Assembly (NCBI RefSeq): GCF_031409475.1
Contig: NZ_JANNXH010000004.1
Coordinates: forward strand, 7,314-71,313
Reading direction: 5' to 3'
DNA from: Flavobacterium sp.
GTDB lineage: Bacteria; Bacteroidota; Bacteroidia; Flavobacteriales; Flavobacteriaceae
Length of the DNA stretch: 64,000 bases
Part shown: positions 48,305 to 56,990 of the stretch, piece by piece
Layout of the letters: the number at the start of each line of letters is the position of its first letter
How positions within the stretch are numbered: position 1 is the stretch's first letter
Position numbers and translations under genes: made by a program
The notes under the pieces: model-generated
What the model saw: only the letters and a program-made list of their open reading frames with translations
The model's database searches: none
Told to the model about the DNA's origin: nothing

Positions 48305-49525
48305 ATGAATCAAAATTTTGACATCATAATTGTTGGTGGAGGTGCAGCAGGGTTTTTTACAGCAATAAACATTGTCGAGAGAAACCCAAAATTAAAAGTT
48401 GCAATTCTTGAACGTGGCAAACACGTTTTAGAAAAAGTGCGGATTTCTGGTGGTGGAAGATGTAATGTTACACATGCTTGTTTTGAACCCAACGAATTGG
48501 TGAAATTTTATCCTCGTGGCGAAAAAGAATTACGTGGACCTTTTCATCAATTTTGCTCTGGCGATACAATTGAATGGTTTAACAAGCACGATGTAGAATT
48601 GAAAATCGAAGATGATGGCCGCATGTTCCCCGTTTCAAATTCATCACAAACCATTATTGATTGTTTTTTGAATGCAACGCAAAAACTTGGAATTGCGGTT
48701 CTTACTGGGCAAAGTGTCCAGTCTATTTTCAATACTGAAGTCTCGGGAGAAAAATTTTGGAAAATTGAAACTCAATCAGAAAATTATATTTGCGAAAAAC
48801 TAATTCTAGCAACGGGAAGTAATCCAAAAATTTGGGAAATGCTGCAAACCTTTGGTCATGCAGTTGTTTCTCCAGTTCCTTCTTTGTTTACATTTAACAT
48901 TAAAGATGCTCGTATAAAAGAACTTCCTGGCGTTGCAGCGCAAGTTACTGTTAAAGTAAAAGAAACCAAACTCGTTTCTACAGGGCCTTTATTAATTACT
49001 CATTGGGGAATGAGTGGTCCAGCGATTTTAAAACTTTCGGCTTGGGGTGCAAGAATTTTACACGATAAAAATTACCAATTTATTATTTATGTTAATTGGT
49101 TGAACGATATTGATGCTGAAGATTGCGAAAAAATACTTAAAAATTTAAAACAGGAGCAGGCGAAAAAGGCCGTTTCCAAGAAATCTCCTTTTGAATTTCC
49201 TAACCGATTGTGGGAAAGTTTAGTATTAGCTTCTGAAATTGATGCTGAAACAAAATGGGCCGATTTAAATAAAAATCAATTACAAAATTTAACAAATCAG
49301 CTTACTGCTGGGCAATTCCAGGTAAATGGAAAAAGCACCTTTAAAGAAGAATTTGTAACTGCTGGAGGTATTGATTTAAAAGAAATTAACTTCAAAACCA
49401 TGGAAAGCAAACTGCATTTAAACCTATTTTTTGCAGGTGAAATTGTAAATATTGATGCTGTAACAGGTGGTTTCAATTTTCAGAATGCCTGGACAAGCGG
49501 ATTTATTTTAGCAAATGCTTTATAG
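48305..49525 (+). CDS. HI0933/YhiN/BaiN family flavoprotein
   Basis: GGGAAG, ISGGGRCNVT, LITHWGMSGPA, VTAGG, GGFNFQNAWTSG; promoter TATCTTTG at 48262. Confidence 0.9.
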   Translation: MNQNFDIIIVGGGAAGFFTAINIVERNPKLKVAILERGKHVLEKVRISGGGRCNVTHACFEPNELVKFYPRGEKELRGPFHQFCSGDTIEWFNKHDVELKIEDDGRMFPVSNSSQTIIDCFLNATQKLGIAVLTGQSVQSIFNTEVSGEKFWKIETQSENYICEKLILATGSNPKIWEMLQTFGHAVVSPVPSLFTFNIKDARIKELPGVAAQVTVKVKETKLVSTGPLLITHWGMSGPAILKLSAWGARILHDKNYQFIIYVNWLNDIDAEDCEKILKNLKQEQAKKAVSKKSPFEFPNRLWESLVLASEIDAETKWADLNKNQLQNLTNQLTAGQFQVNGKSTFKEEFVTAGGIDLKEINFKTMESKLHLNLFFAGEIVNIDAVTGGFNFQNAWTSGFILANAL

Positions 49526-49654
49526 CTTTACTTTAATAAATTTAATGTACTTTTAATAATAATTTTCCATACTTTTGAATCATAGAAAGGTAAACTAAAC
49601 TTTTTAAAAATTAATAGCTTTTTTGAGTTTCCTCTTCGACTAACTTATACAACT

Positions 49655-52384
49655 ATGAAAAAAATCTACTTATTTTGCTTCTTAACATTGTCAATTTTTT
49701 CTTATGGTCAAATTTTTGGAGAGTTTGCTTCGGGTATAAGAATTAATAATACAATTTATAACACTTCTGGAATTTCTCCTAATTTAATAAATTCAGATCC
49801 TGGTGCGTTAACTTTCGATGGAGTAAGTTTAGGTGTTTATGGACAAAATTCAAGTTGTGGTGAAATTACCGCTGGTGAAATTAAAACTTTCAAAAATGCT
49901 TCGGCTAACGTATGTAGCGCAACTATAAATTGGCGTGTCTATTTAGCAAGCGGTTCTCCGTCAGGAATCTTCAATACAATTTCATTAAATACTGTAACTA
50001 ATTGTAATACAGGAACAAGTGTTTTTAATGACGGACTTGGTGCATGCGCAAATGGTGATCAAAAATGGAAAGATTACGGTTTAAATATAGATTTTGTAAA
50101 TTCTTTATTACCTGAAAATTACATTCTTGAAATTTATTATTCTTTCACAGGTTCTGATGTAAGTACTTCGACTTGTGAGACAACAAAGTATATTAGTAAT
50201 TCGGGTGCAAATTTCAAAGCGTCGTTTACAATTTCAAAACCAACAACAAGCCCATCAGCATCATCAACGTCAATCTGTGAAGGCGATAGTCTAACATTAA
50301 CTTCAAATCCTAGTGGAGGAGTTCTTCCGTATACTTTCAGTTGGACTGGACCAAATGGATATACTTCAACCGATGAAAATCCGGTAATAACTAATACAAC
50401 TATATCAAATTCAGGTACCTATTCTGTTATTGCAACTGATGCATGTGGAGTAGTTACAGTCACACAAAGTACAGCAGCAGTTTTAGTAAATCCAAAAATA
50501 GACCCTGAGTTTGATGCAACATTACCCGCAATATGTAGAAATGGTATTGCTCCTCTATTATCAACAACATCAACCAATGGTATAACAGGAACATGGAATC
50601 CTCCAATTGTGAGCAATACGACAACAACAACCTATTTATTTACACCTACAGCAGGACAATGTGCCAACACCTTGTCATTCACTATTTTTGTTGTTAATAA
50701 TGTTACTCCTGTTTTTACATTACCAAATTCAATTTGCTCAGGAGCAACTCCACCAGTTTTATCAAATATTGCTAATAATGGTATAGTAGGTTTTTGGAGT
50801 CCATCAACTGTGAGTAATACCGCTACCGGTACTTATAATTTCACCCCTAGCACTTTGCAATGTGCAACAGCATTTTCGAAAACTATAGTTGTAAATCCTT
50901 TAGTGGCTATTTTTCTCCCTGCAATTCCGCCGATTTGCTCTGGCGATGCTTTAGCTGCTTTACCGACTACTTCTACCAATGGAATTACTGGAACTTGGTC
51001 GCCTGCAGTGAATAATACCGCTACTACAACTTATACCTTTACTCCAACTTCTGGACAATGTGCTACAGCAACTGTCAATTTAACAATTGTGGTAAATCAG
51101 TTTTTAGCTACTTTTAATGCTGTTCCTGCAATATGTTCTGGTGATTCTTTAGCTGCTTTACCGACTACTTCTACCAATGGAATTACTGGAACTTGGTCGC
51201 CTGCAGTGAATAATACCGCTACTACAACCTATACCTTTACTCCAACTTCTGGACAATGTGCTACAGCATCTACAAGTTTGACTGTTGTTGTAAATCCAGT
51301 TATAACTCCAACTTTTACACCAATTGTCTCAATATGTGCTGGTACTACAAGTCCAATTTTACCCTTAACTTCAAACAATGGTTATGCGGGAACTTGGAAT
51401 CCGTCTGTAGTAAGTAATACGAATTCTGGAGTCTATGTTTTTACGCCTGATCCTGTTCCAAGCTTATGCCTTTTAACAACCTCATTGCAAATTATTGTAA
51501 ATCCATTAGTTGCAATTTTTAATCCAGTTCCTGCCATTTGTTCTGGAGATTCATTGGCAGCTCTACCGACTACTTCTACGAACGGAGTTACTGGTTCTTG
51601 GTCGCCGCCATTGAACAATACCAATACTACAACTTATATGTTTACTCCTGATGGCGGTCAATGTGCTACAACGGCTACCTTAACCATTACCGTTAATCCT
51701 AAAATTACACCAACTTTTACAGCTGTTGCATCAATTTGTTCTGGCTCAACTAGACCAGTTTTGCCTTTAATATCAAATAATTTAATAGCAGGAAGTTGGA
51801 ACCCAGCAACGGTTAGTAATACAGCTTCTGCAACCTACACTTTTACTCCTAATGTGGGCCAATGTGGCACAACTACAACATTGATTATAACTGTAAATAC
51901 ATCTCCTACTGATATTTTATTTGCCACAACAAATGTTATAAATCAAGGTCCTGATGGAATCATTGAAATTTTAAGTGTTACAAGCGGTGTGAGTCCTTAT
52001 TTATATAGTATAAACAATAGTGGGTTTACTTCAAATAAAATATTTACAAATTTATTGCCTGGAAATTATACAATAACTGTTCGAGATGTAAATGGATGTG
52101 AATTCAATAAGATTGTTACAATAGATTCTGATTGTGTATTCCCAAATGCCATTTCTCCAAACAGAGATTCATTTAATGATACTTTTGATCTTAATGGATG
52201 TAAAATTAATAAATTGGAAATTTTTAATAGATATGGAAGAAAAGTTAATAGCTACATTGATTACAAAGATCAATGGGATGGAATAAATAGCAATGGTGAA
52301 GAGTTACCTGATGGAACCTATTTTTATGTTGCAGAAATTGAAGGTGGAACGGTAAAAACAGGCTGGGTATTTATTGCTCGTTAA
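49655..52384 (+). CDS. Secreted repeat protein with type B T9SS (gliding-motility-associated) C-terminal domain
   Basis: Signal peptide, seven ~66-aa ICSG..GTWSP..YTFTP..QC repeats, SprB-like module, CTD FPNAISPNRDSFNDTF..IFNRYG..WDG..GTYFY..GWVFIAR. Confidence 0.9.
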   Translation: MKKIYLFCFLTLSIFSYGQIFGEFASGIRINNTIYNTSGISPNLINSDPGALTFDGVSLGVYGQNSSCGEITAGEIKTFKNASANVCSATINWRVYLASGSPSGIFNTISLNTVTNCNTGTSVFNDGLGACANGDQKWKDYGLNIDFVNSLLPENYILEIYYSFTGSDVSTSTCETTKYISNSGANFKASFTISKPTTSPSASSTSICEGDSLTLTSNPSGGVLPYTFSWTGPNGYTSTDENPVITNTTISNSGTYSVIATDACGVVTVTQSTAAVLVNPKIDPEFDATLPAICRNGIAPLLSTTSTNGITGTWNPPIVSNTTTTTYLFTPTAGQCANTLSFTIFVVNNVTPVFTLPNSICSGATPPVLSNIANNGIVGFWSPSTVSNTATGTYNFTPSTLQCATAFSKTIVVNPLVAIFLPAIPPICSGDALAALPTTSTNGITGTWSPAVNNTATTTYTFTPTSGQCATATVNLTIVVNQFLATFNAVPAICSGDSLAALPTTSTNGITGTWSPAVNNTATTTYTFTPTSGQCATASTSLTVVVNPVITPTFTPIVSICAGTTSPILPLTSNNGYAGTWNPSVVSNTNSGVYVFTPDPVPSLCLLTTSLQIIVNPLVAIFNPVPAICSGDSLAALPTTSTNGVTGSWSPPLNNTNTTTYMFTPDGGQCATTATLTITVNPKITPTFTAVASICSGSTRPVLPLISNNLIAGSWNPATVSNTASATYTFTPNVGQCGTTTTLIITVNTSPTDILFATTNVINQGPDGIIEILSVTSGVSPYLYSINNSGFTSNKIFTNLLPGNYTITVRDVNGCEFNKIVTIDSDCVFPNAISPNRDSFNDTFDLNGCKINKLEIFNRYGRKVNSYIDYKDQWDGINSNGEELPDGTYFYVAEIEGGTVKTGWVFIAR
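50950..51268 (+). repeat. Near-identical intragenic tandem repeats, 198-bp period
   Basis: 50950-51070 vs 51148-51268: 121 bp with one mismatch. Confidence 0.9.
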
Positions 52385-52404
52385 ATTAAAAATGACTCTT
52401 ATTT

Positions 52405-52429
52405 TAGACTGCACCTAAAATTTTAGACA
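52405..52429 (+). mobile_element. Possible solo IS3-family terminal inverted-repeat remnant
   Basis: TAGACTGCACCTAAAATTTTAGACA resembles recalled IS3-family ends (ACTGCACCCCAAAAGTTAGACA); no transposase nearby. Confidence 0.3.
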
Positions 52430-52458
52430 AATTTATAATTAATTTTGATCATAATTTT

Positions 52459-52624
52459 TCGTCTCCCGAAGTTTCGGGACGAGTGATTTTCCATAGAAAA
52501 TCGTACCGAGAATAAGGAAAATTTCATTAAAAACGGTTCTCGATACACATCACTTCGAGTTTTTTAAAATTGTAAATTTTGAAAAGTAGCGAGAAGTACT
52601 TCACAAAAAACACTCGAAGTGACG
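52459..52624. repeat. Cluster of nested CGTC-type palindromic repeats
   Basis: TCGTCTCCCGAAGTTTCGGGACGAG; CGAGTGATTTTC..AAAATCGTACCGAGAA; AAAACGGTTCTCGATAC; CATCACTTCGAGT..ACTCGAAGTGACG. Confidence 0.75.
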
Positions 52625-52665
52625 TTTTTAATAATTACACCCAACGGGTTAGATTTAAATTTTAA

Positions 52666-53142
52666 TTAACTATTTAACCACCAAATACTAGCATTCAAAA
52701 CAGCAGCAAAACTTACCCAAAGCAAATAAGGAATAAAAAGATAACCTGCTATTTTATTAATTTTTCCAAACTGAATATAAGTTTCAAAAATCATCAACCA
52801 CAAAATGACGATTTCTAAACCTGCTAACATTGGGTTTTTTAGTCCAAAAAACAAATACGACCAAAGCGCATTTAATGCCAATTGAATTGCAAAGAAAATC
52901 AAGGCTTTTTTAACTGCCTCTTTTTCAATCTCAATTTGGCTCCAAACCAGTCCAGCCGCAACTCCCATCATAATATAGAGCATGCTCCAAACAGGCGCAA
53001 AAATCCAATTAGGAGGATTAAAACTCGGCTTGACCAACGTAGGATACCAAGATGTAATTGCAGATCGAGTAACTATCCCAGAAAAATATCCAATTGCTAA
53101 ACACGTAACTACAACTACCAAAATTTTCGTAATCTTATTCAT
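52666..53142 (-). CDS. tspO: TspO/MBR family protein
   Basis: WYPTLVKPSFNPPNWIFAPVWSMLY, LNALWSYLFF, PYLLWVSFA. Confidence 0.93.
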   Translation of the reverse strand: MNKITKILVVVVTCLAIGYFSGIVTRSAITSWYPTLVKPSFNPPNWIFAPVWSMLYIMMGVAAGLVWSQIEIEKEAVKKALIFFAIQLALNALWSYLFFGLKNPMLAGLEIVILWLMIFETYIQFGKINKIAGYLFIPYLLWVSFAAVLNASIWWLNS

Positions 53143-53245
53143 AATTTACTTTTTTCAAATTTAAACAAAACTTTATCAAGATTCAACAAATAAAGAAATC
53201 TATGTATAAACCAAAAAAAGTATCTTTGCATAAATTTATTTATTG

Positions 53246-54343
53246 ATGTTTTCAGCAACTGATTTTATTCCGCAACCCTATTCACATTCTATAGAAAAGG
53301 GAAGTTTTCAATGGAGTGCGCCAAGTAACATTGCTTTAGTGAAATATTGGGGGAAAAAAGAAGACCAAATTCCCGCAAATCCTTCGGTGAGTTTTACTTT
53401 GAATAATTGTAAAACTATTACCAAATTGGCTTTCGCCAAAAAGCAAAACCAAGATGTTTTTTCCTTCGACTTGCTTTTTGAAGGAAAATCCAAAGAAGAT
53501 TTCAAACCTAAAATTCAAAAATTCTTAGAACGAATCGAAAGTTATTTGCCTTTTCTAAAAGAATATCACTTTACAATTGACACTCAAAATACGTTTCCTC
53601 ACAGTTCTGGAATTGCTTCTTCGGCTTCTGGAATGGCAGCATTGGCAATGAATCTAATGAGTTTAGAAAAAGCATTATCCCGAAACTTAGGGACAGAAAT
53701 GACCGAAGATTACTTTTACCAAAAAGCTTCTTTTCTGGCCCGATTAGGTTCCGGAAGTGCCTGCCGAAGTGTAAAAGGAAAAGTGGTCGTTTGGGGCAAT
53801 CAAGAAAACATTAAAGGAAGTTCGGATTTGTTTGGAGTGGAATTTCCAAATGCAATTCACGAGAATTTTAAGAATTATCAAGACACCATTTTATTAGTTG
53901 ACAAAGGTGAAAAACAAGTTTCGAGTTCTGTGGGTCATGATTTAATGCACAATCATCCTTTTGCCGAAAGGCGATTTGCACAAGCACACGAAAACTTGGA
54001 CAAATTAATTACCGTTTTCGAAAGCGGAAATTTAAACGAATTCATAACCATTGTAGAAAGCGAAGCCTTGACTTTGCATGCCATGATGATGACTTCGATT
54101 CCGTATTTTATTTTGATGAAACCTAACACGTTGCAAATTATAAATGCGATTTGGAAGTTCCGAAACGAGACAAAAATTCCAGTTTGTTTCACACTTGATG
54201 CTGGAGCAAATGTTCATGTTTTATACCCAGAAAGTGTAAAAGAAAAAGTAATACAATTTATTAAAGCTGAATTAGTTGGCTATTGTCAAAATGGTCAGTA
54301 CATTTGTGATGAAATTGGAAGAGGAAGTGTTGAAATTTTATAA
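53246..54343 (+). CDS. mvaD: Diphosphomevalonate decarboxylase
   Basis: APSNIALVKYWGK, GIASSASG, RLGSGSACRS, FTLDAGANVH; promoter TATCTTTG at 53221. Confidence 0.92.
   Translation: MFSATDFIPQPYSHSIEKGSFQWSAPSNIALVKYWGKKEDQIPANPSVSFTLNNCKTITKLAFAKKQNQDVFSFDLLFEGKSKEDFKPKIQKFLERIESYLPFLKEYHFTIDTQNTFPHSSGIASSASGMAALAMNLMSLEKALSRNLGTEMTEDYFYQKASFLARLGSGSACRSVKGKVVVWGNQENIKGSSDLFGVEFPNAIHENFKNYQDTILLVDKGEKQVSSSVGHDLMHNHPFAERRFAQAHENLDKLITVFESGNLNEFITIVESEALTLHAMMMTSIPYFILMKPNTLQIINAIWKFRNETKIPVCFTLDAGANVHVLYPESVKEKVIQFIKAELVGYCQNGQYICDEIGRGSVEIL
53678..53693 (-). repeat. CCCGA/TCGGG repeat copy embedded in-frame in mvaD
   Basis: TCCCGAAACTTAGGGA, 15/16 to the reverse complement of 52464-52479; reads S-R-N-L-G-T. 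Confidence 0.55.
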
Positions 54344-54353
54344 TTTATTTAAG

Positions 54354-54572
54354 ATGAACATTCAATTAGAAAAATTAGAATTAATAAAAATGTTGGTTGA
54401 AACCAATGACTCAACTATAATCTCGTCAATAAAACAGATTTTTAAATCTGAAAAAACAGATTTTTGGGATGAATTATCAGAAGAACAAAGAGCTGAAATA
54501 AATAAAGGAATTGAAGATTTTGATAAGGGACGAATTCATTCTTACGAAGAAGTAATGAAGAATTATTTATAA
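54354..54572 (+). CDS. Putative antitoxin (72 aa)
   Basis: MNIQLEKLELIKML..DFWDELSEEQRAEINKGIEDFDKGRIHSYEEV; 1 nt before a RelE/ParE-like gene. Confidence 0.7.
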   Translation: MNIQLEKLELIKMLVETNDSTIISSIKQIFKSEKTDFWDELSEEQRAEINKGIEDFDKGRIHSYEEVMKNYL

Positions 54573-54573
54573 A

Positions 54574-54867
54574 ATGCGTAAAGTAAATTTTTCTGAAACA
54601 GCAGTTAAAAATCTGGAGGATATAAAGTTTTATTTGATTTCTAAGTGGGCTGAAAGAATTTATGAAAATTTTAAAAACAAACTAAAAGAGAACATTAATT
54701 TAATTGCAACAAATCCTGAAGCTTTTCCAAAATCTGATAAAAATATTTTTAAATGTGTTTTAATTAAACAAATTACGATTTTTTACCGATTTAATTCAAC
54801 AGAAATTCAAATTTTATCGCTTTTCGACACCAGACAAAACCCATTAAAAATCAACAAAATAAAATAA
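54574..54867 (+). CDS. RelE/ParE-family toxin
   Basis: VNFSETAVKNLEDI..NPEAFP..IFYRF..IQILSLFDTRQNP. Confidence 0.8.
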   Translation: MRKVNFSETAVKNLEDIKFYLISKWAERIYENFKNKLKENINLIATNPEAFPKSDKNIFKCVLIKQITIFYRFNSTEIQILSLFDTRQNPLKINKIK

Positions 54868-54877
54868 GTTCAACTTT

Positions 54878-55816
54878 ATGAAAGGACCTTTATTTTACTC
54901 AAAAATATTACTCTTTGGAGAATACGGAATTATTCGTGACTCGAAAGGTTTGTCTATTCCGTATAATTTTTACAATGGTGCTTTGAAAAGAGAAGCAAAC
55001 CCATCTCCAGAAGCAATAAAGTCAAACGGGAATTTACAGCGTTTTGTTTCTCATTTAGAAACTTTACAAAACGAACAACCGGAATTAGTAACTTTCGATT
55101 TAGCTACTTTAAAAAACGATGTTGCAACCGGAATGTACTTTGATTCCAGTATTCCTCAAGGCTATGGTGTAGGAAGTAGTGGCGCACTAGTTGCAGCTAT
55201 TTACGATAAATATGCCCAAAATAAAATCACGGTACTTGAGAATTTAACGCGTAAAAAATTACTCCAATTAAAAACTATTTTCGCTCAAATGGAAAGTTTT
55301 TTTCACGGAAAAAGTTCAGGATTAGATCCTTTGAACAGCTATTTGAGCATTCCTATTTTAATAAATTCTAAAGATAATATTGAAGCAACCGGAATTCCTA
55401 CTCAAAGTTTTGACGGTAAAGGCGCTGTGTTTTTATTAGATTCAGGAATTGTAGGTGAAACCGCTCCAATGGTAACCCTATTTATGGAAAACCTTAAAGA
55501 CAAAGGATTTCGTACCATGCTCAAAACACAATTTATAAAACACACCGATGCTTGCGTCGAGAATTTTCTTGGTGGCGACATGAAAGCATTGTTTGCCAAT
55601 ACTAAAAAATTATCAAAAGTAGTTTTGAATAATTTCAAACCAATGATTCCGGAACAATTTCACAGCATTTGGCAACGTGGTATTGACACTAACGATTATT
55701 ACCTCAAACTCTGTGGTTCTGGCGGTGGAGGTTACATTCTAGGTTTTACTCAAGACCTAGAAAAAGCAAAAATTTCCTTAAAAGATTACAAACTCGAAGT
55801 AGTTTACCAATTTTAA
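54878..55816 (+). CDS. mvk: Mevalonate kinase
   Basis: SKILLFGEY, IPQGYGVGSSGA, HGKSSGLD, KLCGSGGGG. Confidence 0.9.
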   Translation: MKGPLFYSKILLFGEYGIIRDSKGLSIPYNFYNGALKREANPSPEAIKSNGNLQRFVSHLETLQNEQPELVTFDLATLKNDVATGMYFDSSIPQGYGVGSSGALVAAIYDKYAQNKITVLENLTRKKLLQLKTIFAQMESFFHGKSSGLDPLNSYLSIPILINSKDNIEATGIPTQSFDGKGAVFLLDSGIVGETAPMVTLFMENLKDKGFRTMLKTQFIKHTDACVENFLGGDMKALFANTKKLSKVVLNNFKPMIPEQFHSIWQRGIDTNDYYLKLCGSGGGGYILGFTQDLEKAKISLKDYKLEVVYQF

Positions 55817-55817
55817 A

Positions 55818-56738
55818 ATGTTAAGCAGAGAAAACAAAATTTTAGTAATGAAATTTGTTAGTTTGTTCTCTGTTGTTCGAGGGTATAATATTCCTATTAT
55901 TGCTTTAGCCCAATATCTTTCGGCAATATTTATTCTCGCTCCCGAAAAAAGAGCTTTATCAATCCTACTCGATTTCAATCTATTTATACTAGTACTTGCT
56001 TCGAGTTTAACCATAGCTTCGGGTTATATTATCAATAATTTTTACGACAGTAAGAAAGACTTAATCAACCGACCCAACAAAACAAAACTCGATAGATTAG
56101 TCAGCCAAAAAACAAAACTTCAAGTCTATTTTGGCATCAATTTTTTTGTAGCATTGATTGCATTTTTCGTTTCATTTCGTGCCGTTTTATTCTTTTCGGT
56201 GTATATTTTCATGATTTGGTTTTATTCCCATAAAATAAAAAAATATCCCATTATAGGCAATCTCATGGCGGCTTTTCTGGCAGTTTTACCTTTTTTTGGA
56301 ATTCTACTGTATTATAAAAACCTCTATGAAGTGATCTTTTTTCACGCCACTTTTTTATTTTTATTACTACTCATTCGCGAAATGATAAAGGATCTAGAAA
56401 ACCTAAAAGGCGATTTGGCAAACGATTACAAAACCATTCCTATTGTCTACGGAGAAGCGATTTCCAAAAAAATAATTACCACATTAACCCTACTTACAAT
56501 CGTACCGGTATATGTTTTAATCGAAATTTACGATGTGGGTTATATGGATATTTATTTCTACAGTTGCTTTATAATCCTCATTTTCTTCTTGCTCTACCTC
56601 TGGAAATCAACTACAAAAGAGCAATTTGTAAATCTTCATAACGTATTGAAATTACTAATCGTCGCAGGCGTTTTCTGCATTGTCCTCATCAATCCAAGTG
56701 TGTTGCTACATGGCGAAAGATTATTGCAGCGCATATAG
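55818..56738 (+). CDS. UbiA-superfamily prenyltransferase, DGGGP-synthase-like
   Basis: GYIINNFYDSKKDLINRP and REMIKDLENLKGD motifs, multi-TM; 1 nt after mvk. Confidence 0.75.
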   Translation: MLSRENKILVMKFVSLFSVVRGYNIPIIALAQYLSAIFILAPEKRALSILLDFNLFILVLASSLTIASGYIINNFYDSKKDLINRPNKTKLDRLVSQKTKLQVYFGINFFVALIAFFVSFRAVLFFSVYIFMIWFYSHKIKKYPIIGNLMAAFLAVLPFFGILLYYKNLYEVIFFHATFLFLLLLIREMIKDLENLKGDLANDYKTIPIVYGEAISKKIITTLTLLTIVPVYVLIEIYDVGYMDIYFYSCFIILIFFLLYLWKSTTKEQFVNLHNVLKLLIVAGVFCIVLINPSVLLHGERLLQRI

Positions 56739-56745
56739 TTTTTTT

Positions 56746-56821
56746 GGAGCTATTTCCCGCTATTCGCTATATCTCTTGTGGCGAACACCGCCACAAGAGG
56801 ATGCCGCTACTATCGGGGCTA
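56746..56821 (+). ncRNA. Structured Flavobacteria intergenic element resembling the Flavo-1 RNA motif
   Basis: Outer TCCCGC..ATCGGGG, inner 11-bp stem CTCTTGTGGCG/CGCCACAAGAG, then GGATGCCGCT; family assignment from memory only. Confidence 0.45.
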
Positions 56822-56990
56822 AAAATCAAAGTGCTGTTAACCAATAATAAACTATCTTTGCACGCACGAGATCATTAAAGACCAAACTGACGAAGTAAAT
56901 TATAGAATATTATGAAATGAGCTTTTGCGACCCGAGTATACGAACGGGCGAAGCAATTCCATATTTCCAATAAAAAAATAATATCAAAAT

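Noticed and set aside
50500-51900. Regularly spaced repeats as a possible CRISPR array
   Set aside because: They are in-frame 198-bp protein-coding repeats; no cas genes and no repeat-spacer structure anywhere in the window.
54344-54877. Target-site duplication or attC-like site around the mvaD-mvk TA pair
   Set aside because: Both flanks are 10 nt and share no repeat; no hairpin is visible.
56886-56920. CTGACGA...GAAA resembling a hammerhead ribozyme core
   Set aside because: Stems I-III cannot be formed from the flanking sequence.
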